Below are positions 1 to 11,356 of a stretch of DNA of 64,000 nucleotides, one piece after another; positions within the stretch are counted from its first letter, which is position 1; every line of letters starts with the position of its first letter. Below the pieces are notes generated by a model that searched no databases, was not told where the DNA came from, and was given only the letters and a program-made list of their open reading frames with translations. The position numbers and the translations under genes were made by a program. The stretch lies in the NCBI GenBank assembly GCA_045159875.1, contig CP067995.1:1600001-1664000 (forward strand), in the 5' to 3' direction. This stretch comes from a cyanobacterium endosymbiont of Rhopalodia gibba (lineage in GTDB: Bacteria > Cyanobacteriota > Cyanobacteriia > Cyanobacteriales > Microcystaceae).

Positions 1-369
1 AATTAATTAATAACTAAATTTTAACTTTATCAAAAGTATCTATTATCCTATTAACCTCATTAATAAAGTATTTTTAACTCATTTAAAAAGTCTAAAATAG
101 ACTAACATTTCTATCTGAGACTTACTTACAATATCTCGATATTGCCAAATATTTTAGGCTAAAAAATATACTATTAAAAGTGTAGTAAATATTAATTTTT
201 GGTGTTATAAAAACAAAAGTTAAAATGTATTATCTAAATTAAATATAATAAAAAGTTTAAGAGAGTAAAAATTAAGTGCAAGTATCAGAAAGTACAATTA
301 AAAAAATATTTTTTATCTGAATTATTAAAGCTAAAAAAAATATAGAATTTTTTATTTTTTTTTAAAAAA

Positions 370-680
370 ATGTAAAATTTTAGAAAATTCTCTTAAAAAG
401 AGCTCAAAAAATTAGAGGATAAAAAATATTGCAAGCTCTTAAAAAAGTAAAATTTACTCCGGAAAGAATCTACAAATTTTTTTAAAAAAGGACAAAAGTA
501 AAATACTCTGTCGGTTAAAAAATAATGAAGTAAAAAAATGATTTACTTAAACAAAGAATATTTTAAGCTCTGGAATAGAGTGGCTCGTATTTGTCTAATA
601 ATTAAAGAATAAAAAAATAGTTTTTCAGAGTAAAAAAAGAGATATATAAATCTAATAAAATTTAGATAAAAAATTAAGTT
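370..680 (+). repeat. Decayed dispersed repeat, copy C (inverted, with deletions)
   Basis: AAAATTTTAGA(T)AAATTC, CTCCGGAAA.AATC, GACAAAAGTA, AAATACT.TGT...GAAGTA...TACTTAA match the reverse complement of copy A in the same order. Confidence 0.5.
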
Positions 681-1770
681 TAATTAAAATAAAAAAGTTA
701 TTATATAATATAGGTTATTACAATTTTAGTTATGCTTAAATTAAATTTTAATAACTAAGATTAAATGATTTACATTCTTAATATTTATTTCTCACTGCCT
801 ACTTAACACAATCTAAACAATAGTTGACTAAAAAAGTAGTAGAGAATTTAGTATTAGGTTTGGTTAATTTAAAATTATGTAAATTGCCAAAACAACTTCA
901 ATAAAAGTGAATTTAACATCCCTTCATAGAGTCATTCAATTGTCGCTATTTTTTTAAAAATTAAAATGATGATTGTCAAAAAGCAGGCATTTAAATTTAT
1001 TTATGCAGACAGTTATGGTAAATATCAAGTGTTTTAAGCAGTTTATTGATAAATAAACTCATAAAGCAGGACAATAAAATATTAAAAGTTTTTATACAAT
1101 TTCGATGACAGAATAGTTGGAGATTGGATATTGTCTCTTAGTATAGTAGTAAGGAATTAATATTAATTCTCCTTGATATAACCCTCAAATAGAACACAGA
1201 TAAAACTGAACAATGGCGATTAGATTTTAAAAAAGTAAGAGCAATGGATCAAGGAATATAATAAAAGACAATTATAATTTTTTTTGAGGTATACTACTTA
1301 TCTTAAAACGAATAGATGGGAATACAACTACTGTCTAAAGACAATATTTCCTTCTATAAGGCTAAAGATGAAGGACTGGTCCCATAGTAAACAGGAACAG
1401 ATTTATATTAATTTTTGGTCAAAATGTTATTATTACTTTAATAATTAAAATTATATAATCTTGTTATAATTGTCGTCAAATAAATAATTTGAGATAAATT
1501 TGATATCTTTAATTAGAAGATAAATATTAACTTAACTCGATTAATAAAACTAGTTTTGGTGGAAAGAAGTCAATTTTTCACTTTAAATTATTAACTAATT
1601 CATATTTTTTGAGTACAAAAAAATATGTTTTAAAGTTTTTTTAATTGTATTTAAACTGGAATTCAACCATAATGGTAATCAATAAATATCTCTTATAAAT
1701 AAAGAGATATTTTATTTTTAAATAATTTGCCTTTTGGGTATTACTTACATAATAATTTATTATTTTCAAT

Positions 1771-2736
1771 ATGTTTAGCAACATTTTTTTTCGCTTACTT
1801 ACATCTTGTTTTAGTTTAGTACTTTTTATTTTGTCCCTTTGGACAATTCATGAAAATTTCCACTACTACAATACTCAAAATATTTGGAATACTTTATCGA
1901 CAGTCCCCTTGTCTAATATTCTAAGAGCGATTGTTTTAATGAGCTTAAACTATGCAGTTATGACAGGATATGACTGTCTAGCAGTAAATTATGTTCATAA
2001 TACTCTTTCTTATTCTAAAAAAGCTTTAGTAAGTGTTATTTGTTCAGGAATTAGTAATAGTGTTGGTTTTTCTTTAGTCAGTAGTTGTATGATTCGCTAT
2101 CGTTTATATTCTAATTGGGGATTATCTGCAATTTCTATAGCTCAAATTTCTGCTTTTTGTAATTTAACTTTTGTTTTAGGATTATTGGTCATAGGAGCAA
2201 TTATTTTTACCACAAATCCTTTAGAAATTCCTCATTTATTAAATCTACCATTTGTCTCAGTACAGCCATTAGGAGTAATTTTTCTTCTAATTATTTTAGT
2301 TTACTTATTTCTAACAGCGATCTGTAAAGAACCAGTGAAGATTGGTCAATGGACTTTACCTAATCTTTCTATAAAAATAGCTTTATGTCAGTTAATTGTA
2401 TCCGCATTAGATTGGTCATTAGCTGCAGCAGTTTTTTATTCTATTTTGAGTGAATCTGTTTCATTTTCATATTCAACTTTTTTGGAAATATATATATTTG
2501 CACAAATGGCTGGATTAGCAAGTAATGTTCCAGGTGGTTTAGGAATTTTTGAAACAGTTATACTTGTATTTTTATCTCCGTTTATTTCTACAGAAAAAAT
2601 ATTTAATTTTCTTTTGATTTATAGATTAGTTTATTATTTTCTCCCTTTAACTATATCTGTCTTATTACTTGGACAATATGAATTTAAAAAAATTTTTTTT
2701 ACACCTAGCTCTATTTCTTTTAAAGAACATTTATAA
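1771..2736 (+). CDS. MprF-like flippase / lysylphosphatidylglycerol synthase TM-domain protein (UPF0104)
   Basis: Multi-TM ORF with TGYD, RYRLYS.WG, SNVPGGLGIFE and LLIYRLVYYFLP motifs; no C-terminal synthase domain. Confidence 0.8.
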   Translation: MFSNIFFRLLTSCFSLVLFILSLWTIHENFHYYNTQNIWNTLSTVPLSNILRAIVLMSLNYAVMTGYDCLAVNYVHNTLSYSKKALVSVICSGISNSVGFSLVSSCMIRYRLYSNWGLSAISIAQISAFCNLTFVLGLLVIGAIIFTTNPLEIPHLLNLPFVSVQPLGVIFLLIILVYLFLTAICKEPVKIGQWTLPNLSIKIALCQLIVSALDWSLAAAVFYSILSESVSFSYSTFLEIYIFAQMAGLASNVPGGLGIFETVILVFLSPFISTEKIFNFLLIYRLVYYFLPLTISVLLLGQYEFKKIFFTPSSISFKEHL

Positions 2737-3079
2737 TTTTATTTTTACTTCATATAATAAATTTATTTTCTTTCCTCTATACTACAATAATCTCAATAAT
2801 TTTATGTTTTTATTCAGCAAATATATCTATGTTTTATTGAACGAACTATGTTCTTTCTTGAAGATAAATTTTATTTATTCTTTTTGAAAATAGGTTAATA
2901 TTTGTGTCAATAAATTTTTATTTAAAATAATACTATATGAATTTAACTATTTTATAAAATTTATTTTTTTCTAAATAAAAAAATAAAAGAAATTTATTAA
3001 GGAGTTTTTATAAAGTTTTTCAAAAGAAGAATAATAAAAATTATATTATTATTTTGGAGCTTGGAAGTCAAGGACAAAC

Positions 3080-3115
3080 TAATAACTTCTCAGGTGATTA
3101 CCTAAGAAGTTATTA
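3080..3115 (-). terminator. Hairpin downstream of hsp20
   Basis: 16-bp stem TAATAACTTCTTAGGT/ACCTGAGAAGTTATTA with one G-U pair on the minus strand, about 35 nt after the stop. Confidence 0.6.
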
Positions 3116-3150
3116 AAGCAGAAAACTAAGCTATGTGACTACTGCTACAA

Positions 3151-3594
3151 CTAACCAATCTTTACTTTGACAAGCTTGTTTCTTTCATCTTCAGCCTTAG
3201 GAATAGTTAATTTAAGAATGCCTTCTTTATATTCAGAAGCAACATTAGTATTGTCAACTAAAGAAGGAAGTGCGATCGCCCGTTCAAACCTGCCATAACG
3301 GAACTCACTTTGAGTTATTCCTTTATCTTCAGAAACAACTTCCTGCTTACGTTCACCCTTAATATAAACAGCTTCTTTAGTTACCTGAACATCTAGATCT
3401 TCTGCTTTCATACCAGGAACTTCTAATTTAAGTAGAATCGCCTCATCAGTTTCCGAAAGTTCAGCTACAGGGAAAGAAGAAGACCCTTTTAGGTTACGTC
3501 CAAAATTAGTGGAAAAGACCTCATCAAACAAACGGTTCATTTGGTGTTGTAAAGTATCCAATTCACGATTATTGCTGTAACGAATAAGTGCCAT
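3151..3594 (-). CDS. hspA: Small heat shock protein (Hsp20/alpha-crystallin)
   Basis: MALIRY start, LEVPGM, SEFRYGRFERAIALP, YKEGILKLTIPK. Confidence 0.93.
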   Translation of the reverse strand: MALIRYSNNRELDTLQHQMNRLFDEVFSTNFGRNLKGSSSFPVAELSETDEAILLKLEVPGMKAEDLDVQVTKEAVYIKGERKQEVVSEDKGITQSEFRYGRFERAIALPSLVDNTNVASEYKEGILKLTIPKAEDERNKLVKVKIG

Positions 3595-3971
3595 AAAAAA
3601 CCTCTGTTTACTACAATTTAGTGCTTTGGTTTATTTAATTTGTTAGTTACATTCTAAACATAATTATTTATTAGCACAATACGGCTTATACAACACTAAA
3701 AAGTGTAGTTTACCGAAAAAAATTAAACCTTAAAGTGTTTAGAATATCAGACCTTGAGGTTGCGTTCTTCTCCTATGTCTAACTTCTAACTTCCAACTCT
3801 TTGAGATTTTTAATTGATAATTCTGAATTTAGATAAAAAGACTGACGTACACTAAAGAATAGGTTTGTGGAATATGGTTTAACATGAATTAACTCTAACT
3901 TCTCGTTAACTCGCCATAGTCATCAGGCCATGTTCTAATTATCCTGTAATCTCTAGTGTTTAGAAAAGTAC

Positions 3972-6026
3972 ATGAGTGAACTTCTTTATGAATACGCCTG
4001 GCTAATACCTGTCCTACCCTTGGTTGGGGCGATGTTAGTCGGGTTAGGACTTATTTCCTTTAATCAAGGAACTAACCGCCTGCGACAGATAAATTCGGTC
4101 TTCATCATCTCCTTATTAGGGGCATCGATGGTGATGTCCTTCACCCTGTTATGGAGTCAAATTCAAGGCCACGCTGACTACACTCGTCTGATTGAGTGGG
4201 CTGCAGCTGGCAATTTTCATCTTAATATGGGTTATACCATTGATCATCTCAGTGCCTTAATGAATGTTATCGTTACCACCGTTGCCTTTTTGGTGATGAT
4301 ATACACTGATGGTTATATGGCACATGACTCTGGATATGTCCGATTCTACGCTTATTTAAGCATTTTTAGTGCATCAATGCTAGGATTAGTCATTAGTCCC
4401 AACCTAGTCCAGGTTTACATTTTCTGGGAATTGGTGGGAATGTGTTCCTATCTTTTGATCGGCTTTTGGTTCGATCGCAAAGCTGCCGCAGATGCTTGTC
4501 AAAAGGCTTTTGTAACCAATCGTGTAGGAGATTTTGGCTTACTGTTGGGAATGTTAGGGCTGTACTGGACAACTGGAAGCTTTGATTTCCACATCATGGG
4601 TGAGCGTCTCGAAGAATTAATTTCTATAGGAACCATAGCCCCCGCTTTAGCTGCTGTATTTGCTGTTTTAGTATTTTTAGGTCCTGTGGCTAAATCAGCC
4701 CAATTTCCCCTCCATGTTTGGCTACCAGATGCAATGGAAGGTCCTACTCCTATTTCTGCTTTAATTCACGCTGCAACGATGGTAGCAGCTGGGGTTTTTC
4801 TTATAGCGCGGATGTATCCTGTCTTTGAACAAATTCCGGTGGCAATGTCTACTATCGCTTGGGTCGGGGCGTTAACAGCCTTTTTAGGCGCGACTATTGC
4901 TTTGACTCAAAATGACATCAAAAAAGGGTTAGCCTATTCCACTATTTCTCAATTAGGTTACATGGTAATGGCTATGGGAATTGGGGCGTATAGTGCTGGA
5001 TTATTTCATCTGATGACTCATGCTTATTTTAAAGCTATGTTGTTTCTTTGTTCTGGCTCTGTTATCCATGGAATGGAAGGAGTTGTGGGTCATGAACCTA
5101 TTTTGGCTCAAGATATGCGACTAATGGGTGGGTTGCGTAAGTATATGCCTCTGACTTCTTTAGCCTTTTTGGTAGGAACTTTAGCTATTTGTGGAATTCC
5201 TCCTTTTGCAGGGTTTTGGTCAAAAGATGAAATTCTCAGTCTTGCGTTTAGGGCTAACCCTGGATTATGGTTAGTAGGTTGGTTAACTGCGGGACTCACT
5301 GCATTTTATATGTTCCGTATGTATTTCATGACCTTTGAAGGAGAATTTCGCGGCAATGATCAAGCTATCAAAAATCAATTGTTAGCTTCTTTGGATGCAT
5401 CTTCTTCTTTTTCCGAATTCGGTACAGGGGTAACGGGCATTAGTAAATCAGACCATGATGATGATCGTGGACACGATCATAGCTGTTCTCCTCATGAGTC
5501 TCCTTTAACTATGACTTTACCCTTATTGATTTTGGCGGTTCCCTCAGCTTTTATCGGTTTATTGGGAAAACCTTGGAATAACAGGTTTGAATGGTTCATT
5601 TTTGCACCAGGAGAAGTTATTGAAGAAACTGCTCGTTTTAATTGGACTGAGTTTCTAATTATGGCCGGAAATTCTGTCGGTATTGCCGTAATCGGAATTA
5701 CAGTTGCTTCTTTGATGTATTTGCAACATAAAATTGATCCCGCGGCAATCGCTAAAAGATATCCGAATTTGTATCAATTCTCTCTCAATAAATGGTATTT
5801 CGACGATGTTTATCATAATGTTTTTGTTATGAAGTGTCGTCGGTTAGCTCGTCAAATTATGGAAGTAGATTATCGTGTCATTGATGGGGTAGTTAATCTA
5901 ACTGGTTTGGCTACTATTGTAAGTGGGGAAGGATTGAAATATCTGGAAAATGGTCGCGTTCAATTCTATGCTTTAGTTGTCTTTGGGGCAGTTTTGGCAT
6001 TGGCGACTATTTTTAGTGTAGTTTGA
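3972..6026 (+). CDS. ndhF: NAD(P)H-quinone oxidoreductase subunit 5 (NdhF1)
   Basis: WELVGMCSYLLIGFW, AKSAQFPLHVWLPDAMEGPTPISALIHAATMV; 684 aa. Confidence 0.97.
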   Translation: MSELLYEYAWLIPVLPLVGAMLVGLGLISFNQGTNRLRQINSVFIISLLGASMVMSFTLLWSQIQGHADYTRLIEWAAAGNFHLNMGYTIDHLSALMNVIVTTVAFLVMIYTDGYMAHDSGYVRFYAYLSIFSASMLGLVISPNLVQVYIFWELVGMCSYLLIGFWFDRKAAADACQKAFVTNRVGDFGLLLGMLGLYWTTGSFDFHIMGERLEELISIGTIAPALAAVFAVLVFLGPVAKSAQFPLHVWLPDAMEGPTPISALIHAATMVAAGVFLIARMYPVFEQIPVAMSTIAWVGALTAFLGATIALTQNDIKKGLAYSTISQLGYMVMAMGIGAYSAGLFHLMTHAYFKAMLFLCSGSVIHGMEGVVGHEPILAQDMRLMGGLRKYMPLTSLAFLVGTLAICGIPPFAGFWSKDEILSLAFRANPGLWLVGWLTAGLTAFYMFRMYFMTFEGEFRGNDQAIKNQLLASLDASSSFSEFGTGVTGISKSDHDDDRGHDHSCSPHESPLTMTLPLLILAVPSAFIGLLGKPWNNRFEWFIFAPGEVIEETARFNWTEFLIMAGNSVGIAVIGITVASLMYLQHKIDPAAIAKRYPNLYQFSLNKWYFDDVYHNVFVMKCRRLARQIMEVDYRVIDGVVNLTGLATIVSGEGLKYLENGRVQFYALVVFGAVLALATIFSVV

Positions 6027-6059
6027 CGTTAATTTAACCCCAATTTAGTGACCAGAATG

Positions 6060-6085
6060 AGAGGGCTTTTTGCCCTCTTTTTTTT
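6060..6085 (+). terminator. Intrinsic terminator of ndhF
   Basis: AGAGGGC-TTTTT-GCCCTCT followed by a T tract. Confidence 0.85.
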
Positions 6086-7688
6086 CAAAATATCAATTAA
6101 CTTTAGATATTAAATTTAAGTTTGTAAATGAATAAACTTAAACAAGTATAAAATAGTTTAAAAAACTAACTATAAAATAAAAAAATAATTATATTCTTCA
6201 CTTTTTTTGTCTTATAGTATGTAACCGCGACATTTTTTAGACAAAAAAATAGGATTTAAACTATTTAACTATTTAATTATTGATTAAATGTCTGAGTAAA
6301 CACCATTATTTATCTCGGTATTTTATAAATATAATTTATGCTAAAAAGCGATTAAAAAAATTTAAATAAAGCAATCAAACAATATTGTTTATTTAACATT
6401 AGTAAAAATACTTGCTGTCTCTATTTAGATAGAATAAAAAATATAAAATAATATATTAATTGCCAGTAAATAGCAAAATATTTTCTAATTAAAAATAGAT
6501 AAAATTTTAAATCAGGATAAATAATAATATAAATCAGATAAAGATAGCTTAATTCTGAATAAATAATATTGCTCAATATAATATAAGTAGTTATACGTAC
6601 TAAGAATTAGGAATAACTATTAAAAACTACGGATAACAAGAAGTAAATGAAGTAGCAGGAGAAGTATTTAAGAGAAAAATTAATTTATATAAAGCTAAAT
6701 TTAGCAATAAAATATATCAATAAAAAAGGCTATTTAAGTAAAAATAATAAAGACTTATTGCAATTTTATTTTTTTCTATAAACTAAAGGAATTATTATTG
6801 TAAACAATAACACTCTTTATAAAGAATAAAGGTTTTAAAAATAGTCGGAAAAGCTAAATGTAAACCATTGTATGTATAACAATACTTGACATATTTAGAA
6901 AAGATTGAGGACTAATGGTTTATTTTCAAAACTTAACTTAAAAAAATATTACTTAAATTTAAAATAGTCGGAAAATATGTAAACTTTATTTTCAATAACT
7001 ATCCTATTTTAGGTAGTAGTATTTTATACTAGAAAGGAAGTGGACTAAAATAAAAGCTCATATAATTGCCAAAGGAATATTTGAAGAATATGAAAAGTCG
7101 TCAAATCAAGTCTTAATCAAGGAAGTTACTCTAGAAAATATCAATCGAAGTGATATAGGTTTCACTCTCATTACTTCAGTGTAGAGATAAGAAATTTTTT
7201 TAACACTTATCTAAAAGTGTCTACAGAAGTTCTCCTATTCAGAGTTCTATTGAGATATTAAAACCAACGAAAATGCGGATAAATTAGGTTTTCTACAACC
7301 CGATGTCCTAATATTTTCAAAATGTCTCTTTGAGCTTAAGTTGAGACTAACATGAGTAAACGCTAATGCTTTACAAAAAGTAGACTGTTTAACAAATTGG
7401 TTTCAATAAAAAATACTAAAAATAGTTCATATATATTTTTTTCTAGAAAAATAATTTAAATAAAAATAATAGCTGAAAAGTAATTACATATATGTAAGAT
7501 TTAACTTTTAAAAAACTTTTCTAGTATTTCTGTAAAGTAAAATCATTGAGAGACTATCTTTATGCCGCCACTATCATTTCCTGATCAGCTTTTTCAGAAT
7601 TAGTATAGTTTTTTAAAAGAGAAAAAACTAAATAAAAGTAAAAATCAAATAAAAACGTTTTCTAAACAAAGAATAGGTCGTCAATAAA

Positions 7689-8450
7689 ATGTCTTTATCC
7701 TTACATAGCATTTCAAACTATATCGACATGATTCTAGTTCCCCAAGGAGCTGAATATAAAGCCGTTTGTGAAGGATTTAGAGCAGTAAAGCAATTTGGTA
7801 CTAAAATTAAAATAATTCCGATTCCTGCAGGACTTTTACCTTTTAAACATTATCTCAAACAGTGGCAGCAAATTCATGAGTTCGTTAATCATTCTCCTAA
7901 AGGAATCTTGTTAATGGGATTAGGCGGAAGTTTATCCCCAAATTATCAGGCAGGTGATAAGATTCTATACGAAAAATGTTGTTTAATTTCAAAGGATACT
8001 TTTCCTCCACCGTGGCAAACTTGCGATGTGAATCTAGGTAATTTAGTGTATCATCATCTTAACAAGGAGATTATACGGGGCAAAGCGGTGACAAGTGATC
8101 ACATCATTTCTTCAGCTGAGGAAAAATGGCAATTAGGCCGGCGTTATCAAGCTGATGTGGTAGATATGGAAGGAATTCCCCTTTTAGAGTTTTGTAATTA
8201 TTTAAAAATTCCTGTTGCCATGATTAGAGTGATTAGTGATGGTTTTCAACAGGATTTACCTAATTTAACCCCTGCATTGGAAGAGGATGGAAGCTTAAAT
8301 CCTTGGAAATTAACATTTCAGATGTCCAAAAATCCCCTAAGTTCAATTCATCTGATTAGAAGTTCCCTAAAGGGGTTAAAAACACTAAAACAAGTTTCAA
8401 AAGATCTTGCGACAGCAATCACCACATCAGTTGTAGGACACCAATTTTAA
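7689..8450 (+). CDS. Nucleoside phosphorylase family protein (PNP/MTA-SAH type, possibly hopanoid-associated HpnG-like)
   Basis: MGLGGSLSP, ADVVDMEG, AMIRVISD; the true start may be the ATG at 7728. Confidence 0.75.
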   Translation: MSLSLHSISNYIDMILVPQGAEYKAVCEGFRAVKQFGTKIKIIPIPAGLLPFKHYLKQWQQIHEFVNHSPKGILLMGLGGSLSPNYQAGDKILYEKCCLISKDTFPPPWQTCDVNLGNLVYHHLNKEIIRGKAVTSDHIISSAEEKWQLGRRYQADVVDMEGIPLLEFCNYLKIPVAMIRVISDGFQQDLPNLTPALEEDGSLNPWKLTFQMSKNPLSSIHLIRSSLKGLKTLKQVSKDLATAITTSVVGHQF

Positions 8451-8506
8451 TCAAAAGAAACAAGGAAGAGAAATCTTTCATGAATTATTTCTAATTACTA
8501 ATATGT

Positions 8507-9688
8507 CTATTTGGAATATTGATGATATTTATAGGCGGCATAGGCCAGCGTGATGACCCCCGTCAAGATAGCCGACTCGTCTACCTCGAATTGAGGATGA
8601 TGTAGTGGATGGTTGGGCTTTTCTGAAAATCCTACTCCTAAACGAAACATACTTCCTGGAGCGTGTTCAAGGTAGAGGGAAAAATCCTCTGCGCCTAAAG
8701 ATGGTTCAGATAAAATGTGTAGCCGCTCATTTCCCCAAGCTTCTCGACAAGTAGATTCAAGAATCTGAGTCAATTCTATGTTATTTTGCACCGAAGGAAC
8801 TCCCTGGCGATAATCAATTTCATATTTTGCTCGATAAGTATTACAGACATTAGCGACTATTTTTTCAATCCACTGAGGTAAATTGGCGCGGGTATCAGGA
8901 TGAAGAGATCGTACTGTCCCTGACATTCTTACCTGATCTGCAATAATATTAGGAGCGCGGCCACCGTTAATTTGCCCAATAGTTAGTACTACGGGATGCA
9001 AAGGATTCTGAGTTCGACTAATAGCTTGTTGAAGAGTCGTAATGACCTGAGAAGCAATCCAGATAGCGTCAATAGCTTTATGGGGACGAGCTCCGTGACC
9101 TGACTCTCCTTGAATAAAAATTTCTATGTCATCAGCTGCAGCGGTCAAAACTCCGTAGCGAATCCCCACAGAACGGGCTTGAAGGGAAGGAAAGACGTGT
9201 AGTCCAAAAATTGCATCTACATCGCACATTGCTCCGTCCCGAAGCATCCAGCTTGCTCCTTGGGCAATTTCTTCTGCAGGTTGAAACAAAAATCTTACGT
9301 TTCCCGATAATTGTTGAGCTAACTGAGAAAGAACCATAGCGGTTCCTAACCCCACCGTTGTATGGACATCGTGGCCACAAGCATGCATAATACCAGGTTT
9401 ACACGAAGCAAATTCTAGGTTGGTTTGCTCATCTATCGGTAGAGCATCCATGTCGGTACGAATAGCTAGGAGGCGCGAATCTGTTCCGTTTCCTTTTAAA
9501 TTTCCTACTACTCCCGTTTTTCCGACATTTTCTTGAACTTGAATACCGTACGAAGAAAGAATACCCGCCACATATGCAGCAGTTTGGTATTCTTGTCCAC
9601 TCAGTTCAGGATGAAGGTGAAAATGGCGGCGAATTTCAAGAAGCCTAGGGAACAGAGACTTGGTGAGATCTTTAATTTCAGAAAACAT
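8507..9688 (-). CDS. M20D amidohydrolase (N-acyl-L-amino acid amidohydrolase)
   Basis: HPELS, RTDMDAL, MHACGHD, FQPAEE, GHGARPH, EDFS; start moved to the ATG at 9688. Confidence 0.9.
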   Translation of the reverse strand: MFSEIKDLTKSLFPRLLEIRRHFHLHPELSGQEYQTAAYVAGILSSYGIQVQENVGKTGVVGNLKGNGTDSRLLAIRTDMDALPIDEQTNLEFASCKPGIMHACGHDVHTTVGLGTAMVLSQLAQQLSGNVRFLFQPAEEIAQGASWMLRDGAMCDVDAIFGLHVFPSLQARSVGIRYGVLTAAADDIEIFIQGESGHGARPHKAIDAIWIASQVITTLQQAISRTQNPLHPVVLTIGQINGGRAPNIIADQVRMSGTVRSLHPDTRANLPQWIEKIVANVCNTYRAKYEIDYRQGVPSVQNNIELTQILESTCREAWGNERLHILSEPSLGAEDFSLYLEHAPGSMFRLGVGFSEKPNHPLHHPQFEVDESAILTGVITLAYAAYKYHQYSK

Positions 9689-10099
9689 GAGACTTAAGTA
9701 ATTAGGAAGCTCATAACGTTTTTTATGTACTGAACTCAAAGTTACGGTATGGGTTTTTCAACTTAATGAGAGCTTTACTATGTTTGTATACATATACTAT
9801 TCGATTATACACTTAAATCATGAATAAACTTAAATAACTATAAAATTAGTCAATTTTTGTGATGTACATTTTATAGTTATTCTTTTTTATAAAAGAATGA
9901 TAGTTCTTATGGAACTTTTTTTGTTGAATTATATTAAGAAATTACAGTTAAACTTAGTAGTTTGTTAATTGAGGATGAATTAACAGCTATAGATGCTATT
10001 GAAACTCAAATAGTAGTTGATTGTTTTCGGAATCTAAAGTAAAAAGAAACAGTCGGTGAAGCCGAACGCAACTAACAAGTAATATAGGAAAAGACTTCT

Positions 10100-11040
10100 A
10101 TAATTTCAATTAAGCGCACTTCCCCCACTACATTAACCATGACACGCTCGGAGAACAACTAGTGGCTCCAATGATTGATTTCAGATTCTTCTGGAGAGAT
10201 ATTTTCGGACTTAGGAATCATAATGGTATCTCCCTCTTATAGTACAACATCCTCTTGGATATCATCTATTTGTAGCAACTTTCACAAATTTATCTAAATG
10301 TTCTGTTCGGAACCATCACGATTCAGTACGACGGATTTCTATTTTACGAATGTCGGCTAGGGTTTTAACTTCACTGACTGATTCAATAGAAACGTTAAGT
10401 CTCAGGGATTATTATCAACTGGTAGATTCTCCACTTCCTCCCAAACTCCTGTTGGGAACGACTCAATAAGAGCCTGTCCGATACACTTCTCCTACCACAG
10501 CTACATTAATTTCTCGATTAGCCAATAACCCCAAACTCGTATTATATATACATTGTATAGTGCAAGTTTGGGGAATATCAATATTGTCTTGAGTGGGAAC
10601 AATAACTGTATCCCCATCGCGTAGGATAATATCTTGCTGAATAATTCCTTCTTTGAGCAAGTTCCAGAAATTGGTGGTTAATATTAGAGGTTTTCTTTGA
10701 AATTGACGGTGAATCTGAACTTGATTAAGATTAGTAACCGTAGTCAGTCCCCGCTTGTCGAATAAGTTAAGTGACCGTGGGAAATTTTTGTTTCTCAAGA
10801 ATGGAGAAGAGATTAAAAGCCTGAATTATCGGTTCCTTGATCTCTACAAGCGGAGCTCGAAGAACGAATAAACTGATGGTAATAATAGAGTGTTTAATAC
10901 ATTGAGCGTATTGTAGGGTAAATAACTCTGTCAGCTAGGACATCGCAAGTCTTTCAACACAAATACTTCCTAATGTAGATATTAACAGTGTTCCATCTAC
11001 TAGAATTTGGTATTTTTCAGTAAATTCTTTAAGACGATAG
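10100..11040 (-). pseudogene. Polysaccharide export protein (Wza/SLBB repeats) pseudogene
   Basis: Fragments in different frames with stops: KYQILVDGTL, QQDIILRDGDTVIVP, VAVVGEVYRTGSY, LADIRKIEIRR, QEDVVL*EGDTIMIP, VNVVGEV. Confidence 0.85.
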
Positions 11041-11356
11041 CAGCATTAACAATACTCTCATTATTTTTATTATTCAAGTTCTAATTCGTCTTTTTACTAC
11101 TATTTCTATTGAAATAGAATGGTTTTATTGAAATAATCAACTTTTACATTTTTTAAACATTAAAGTAATATATTTTAGTAATCGTATTATAGAGACTTTT
11201 ACAGTTGCCACAGCAGTATTTTTATCATTATTTGTCAATACCTATTTTCGTTTTAAGAATTAAGTCTTTAAATAAAAAACACATTTAAACAGCCTGATTT
11301 AGTCTTAAAAAATGTCGAGAATTTCAAATATTAATCCTCGACAATAACACTAAAAT

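Noticed and set aside
960..1400. Possible IS701-like remnant (FKFIYADSYG)
   Set aside because: Only one weak motif and no collinear support.
2669..2887. 72-aa ORF overlapping the end of the MprF-like gene
   Set aside because: Low-complexity F/L/N/Y translation of AT-rich DNA with no motif.
6026..7680. ndhF without adjacent ndhD, followed by an AT-rich spacer with a short direct repeat (AAAATAGTCGGAAAA at about 6838 and 6961)
   Set aside because: Unlinked ndhF1 and ndhD1 occur in other Chroococcales; the spacer remnant could not be identified.
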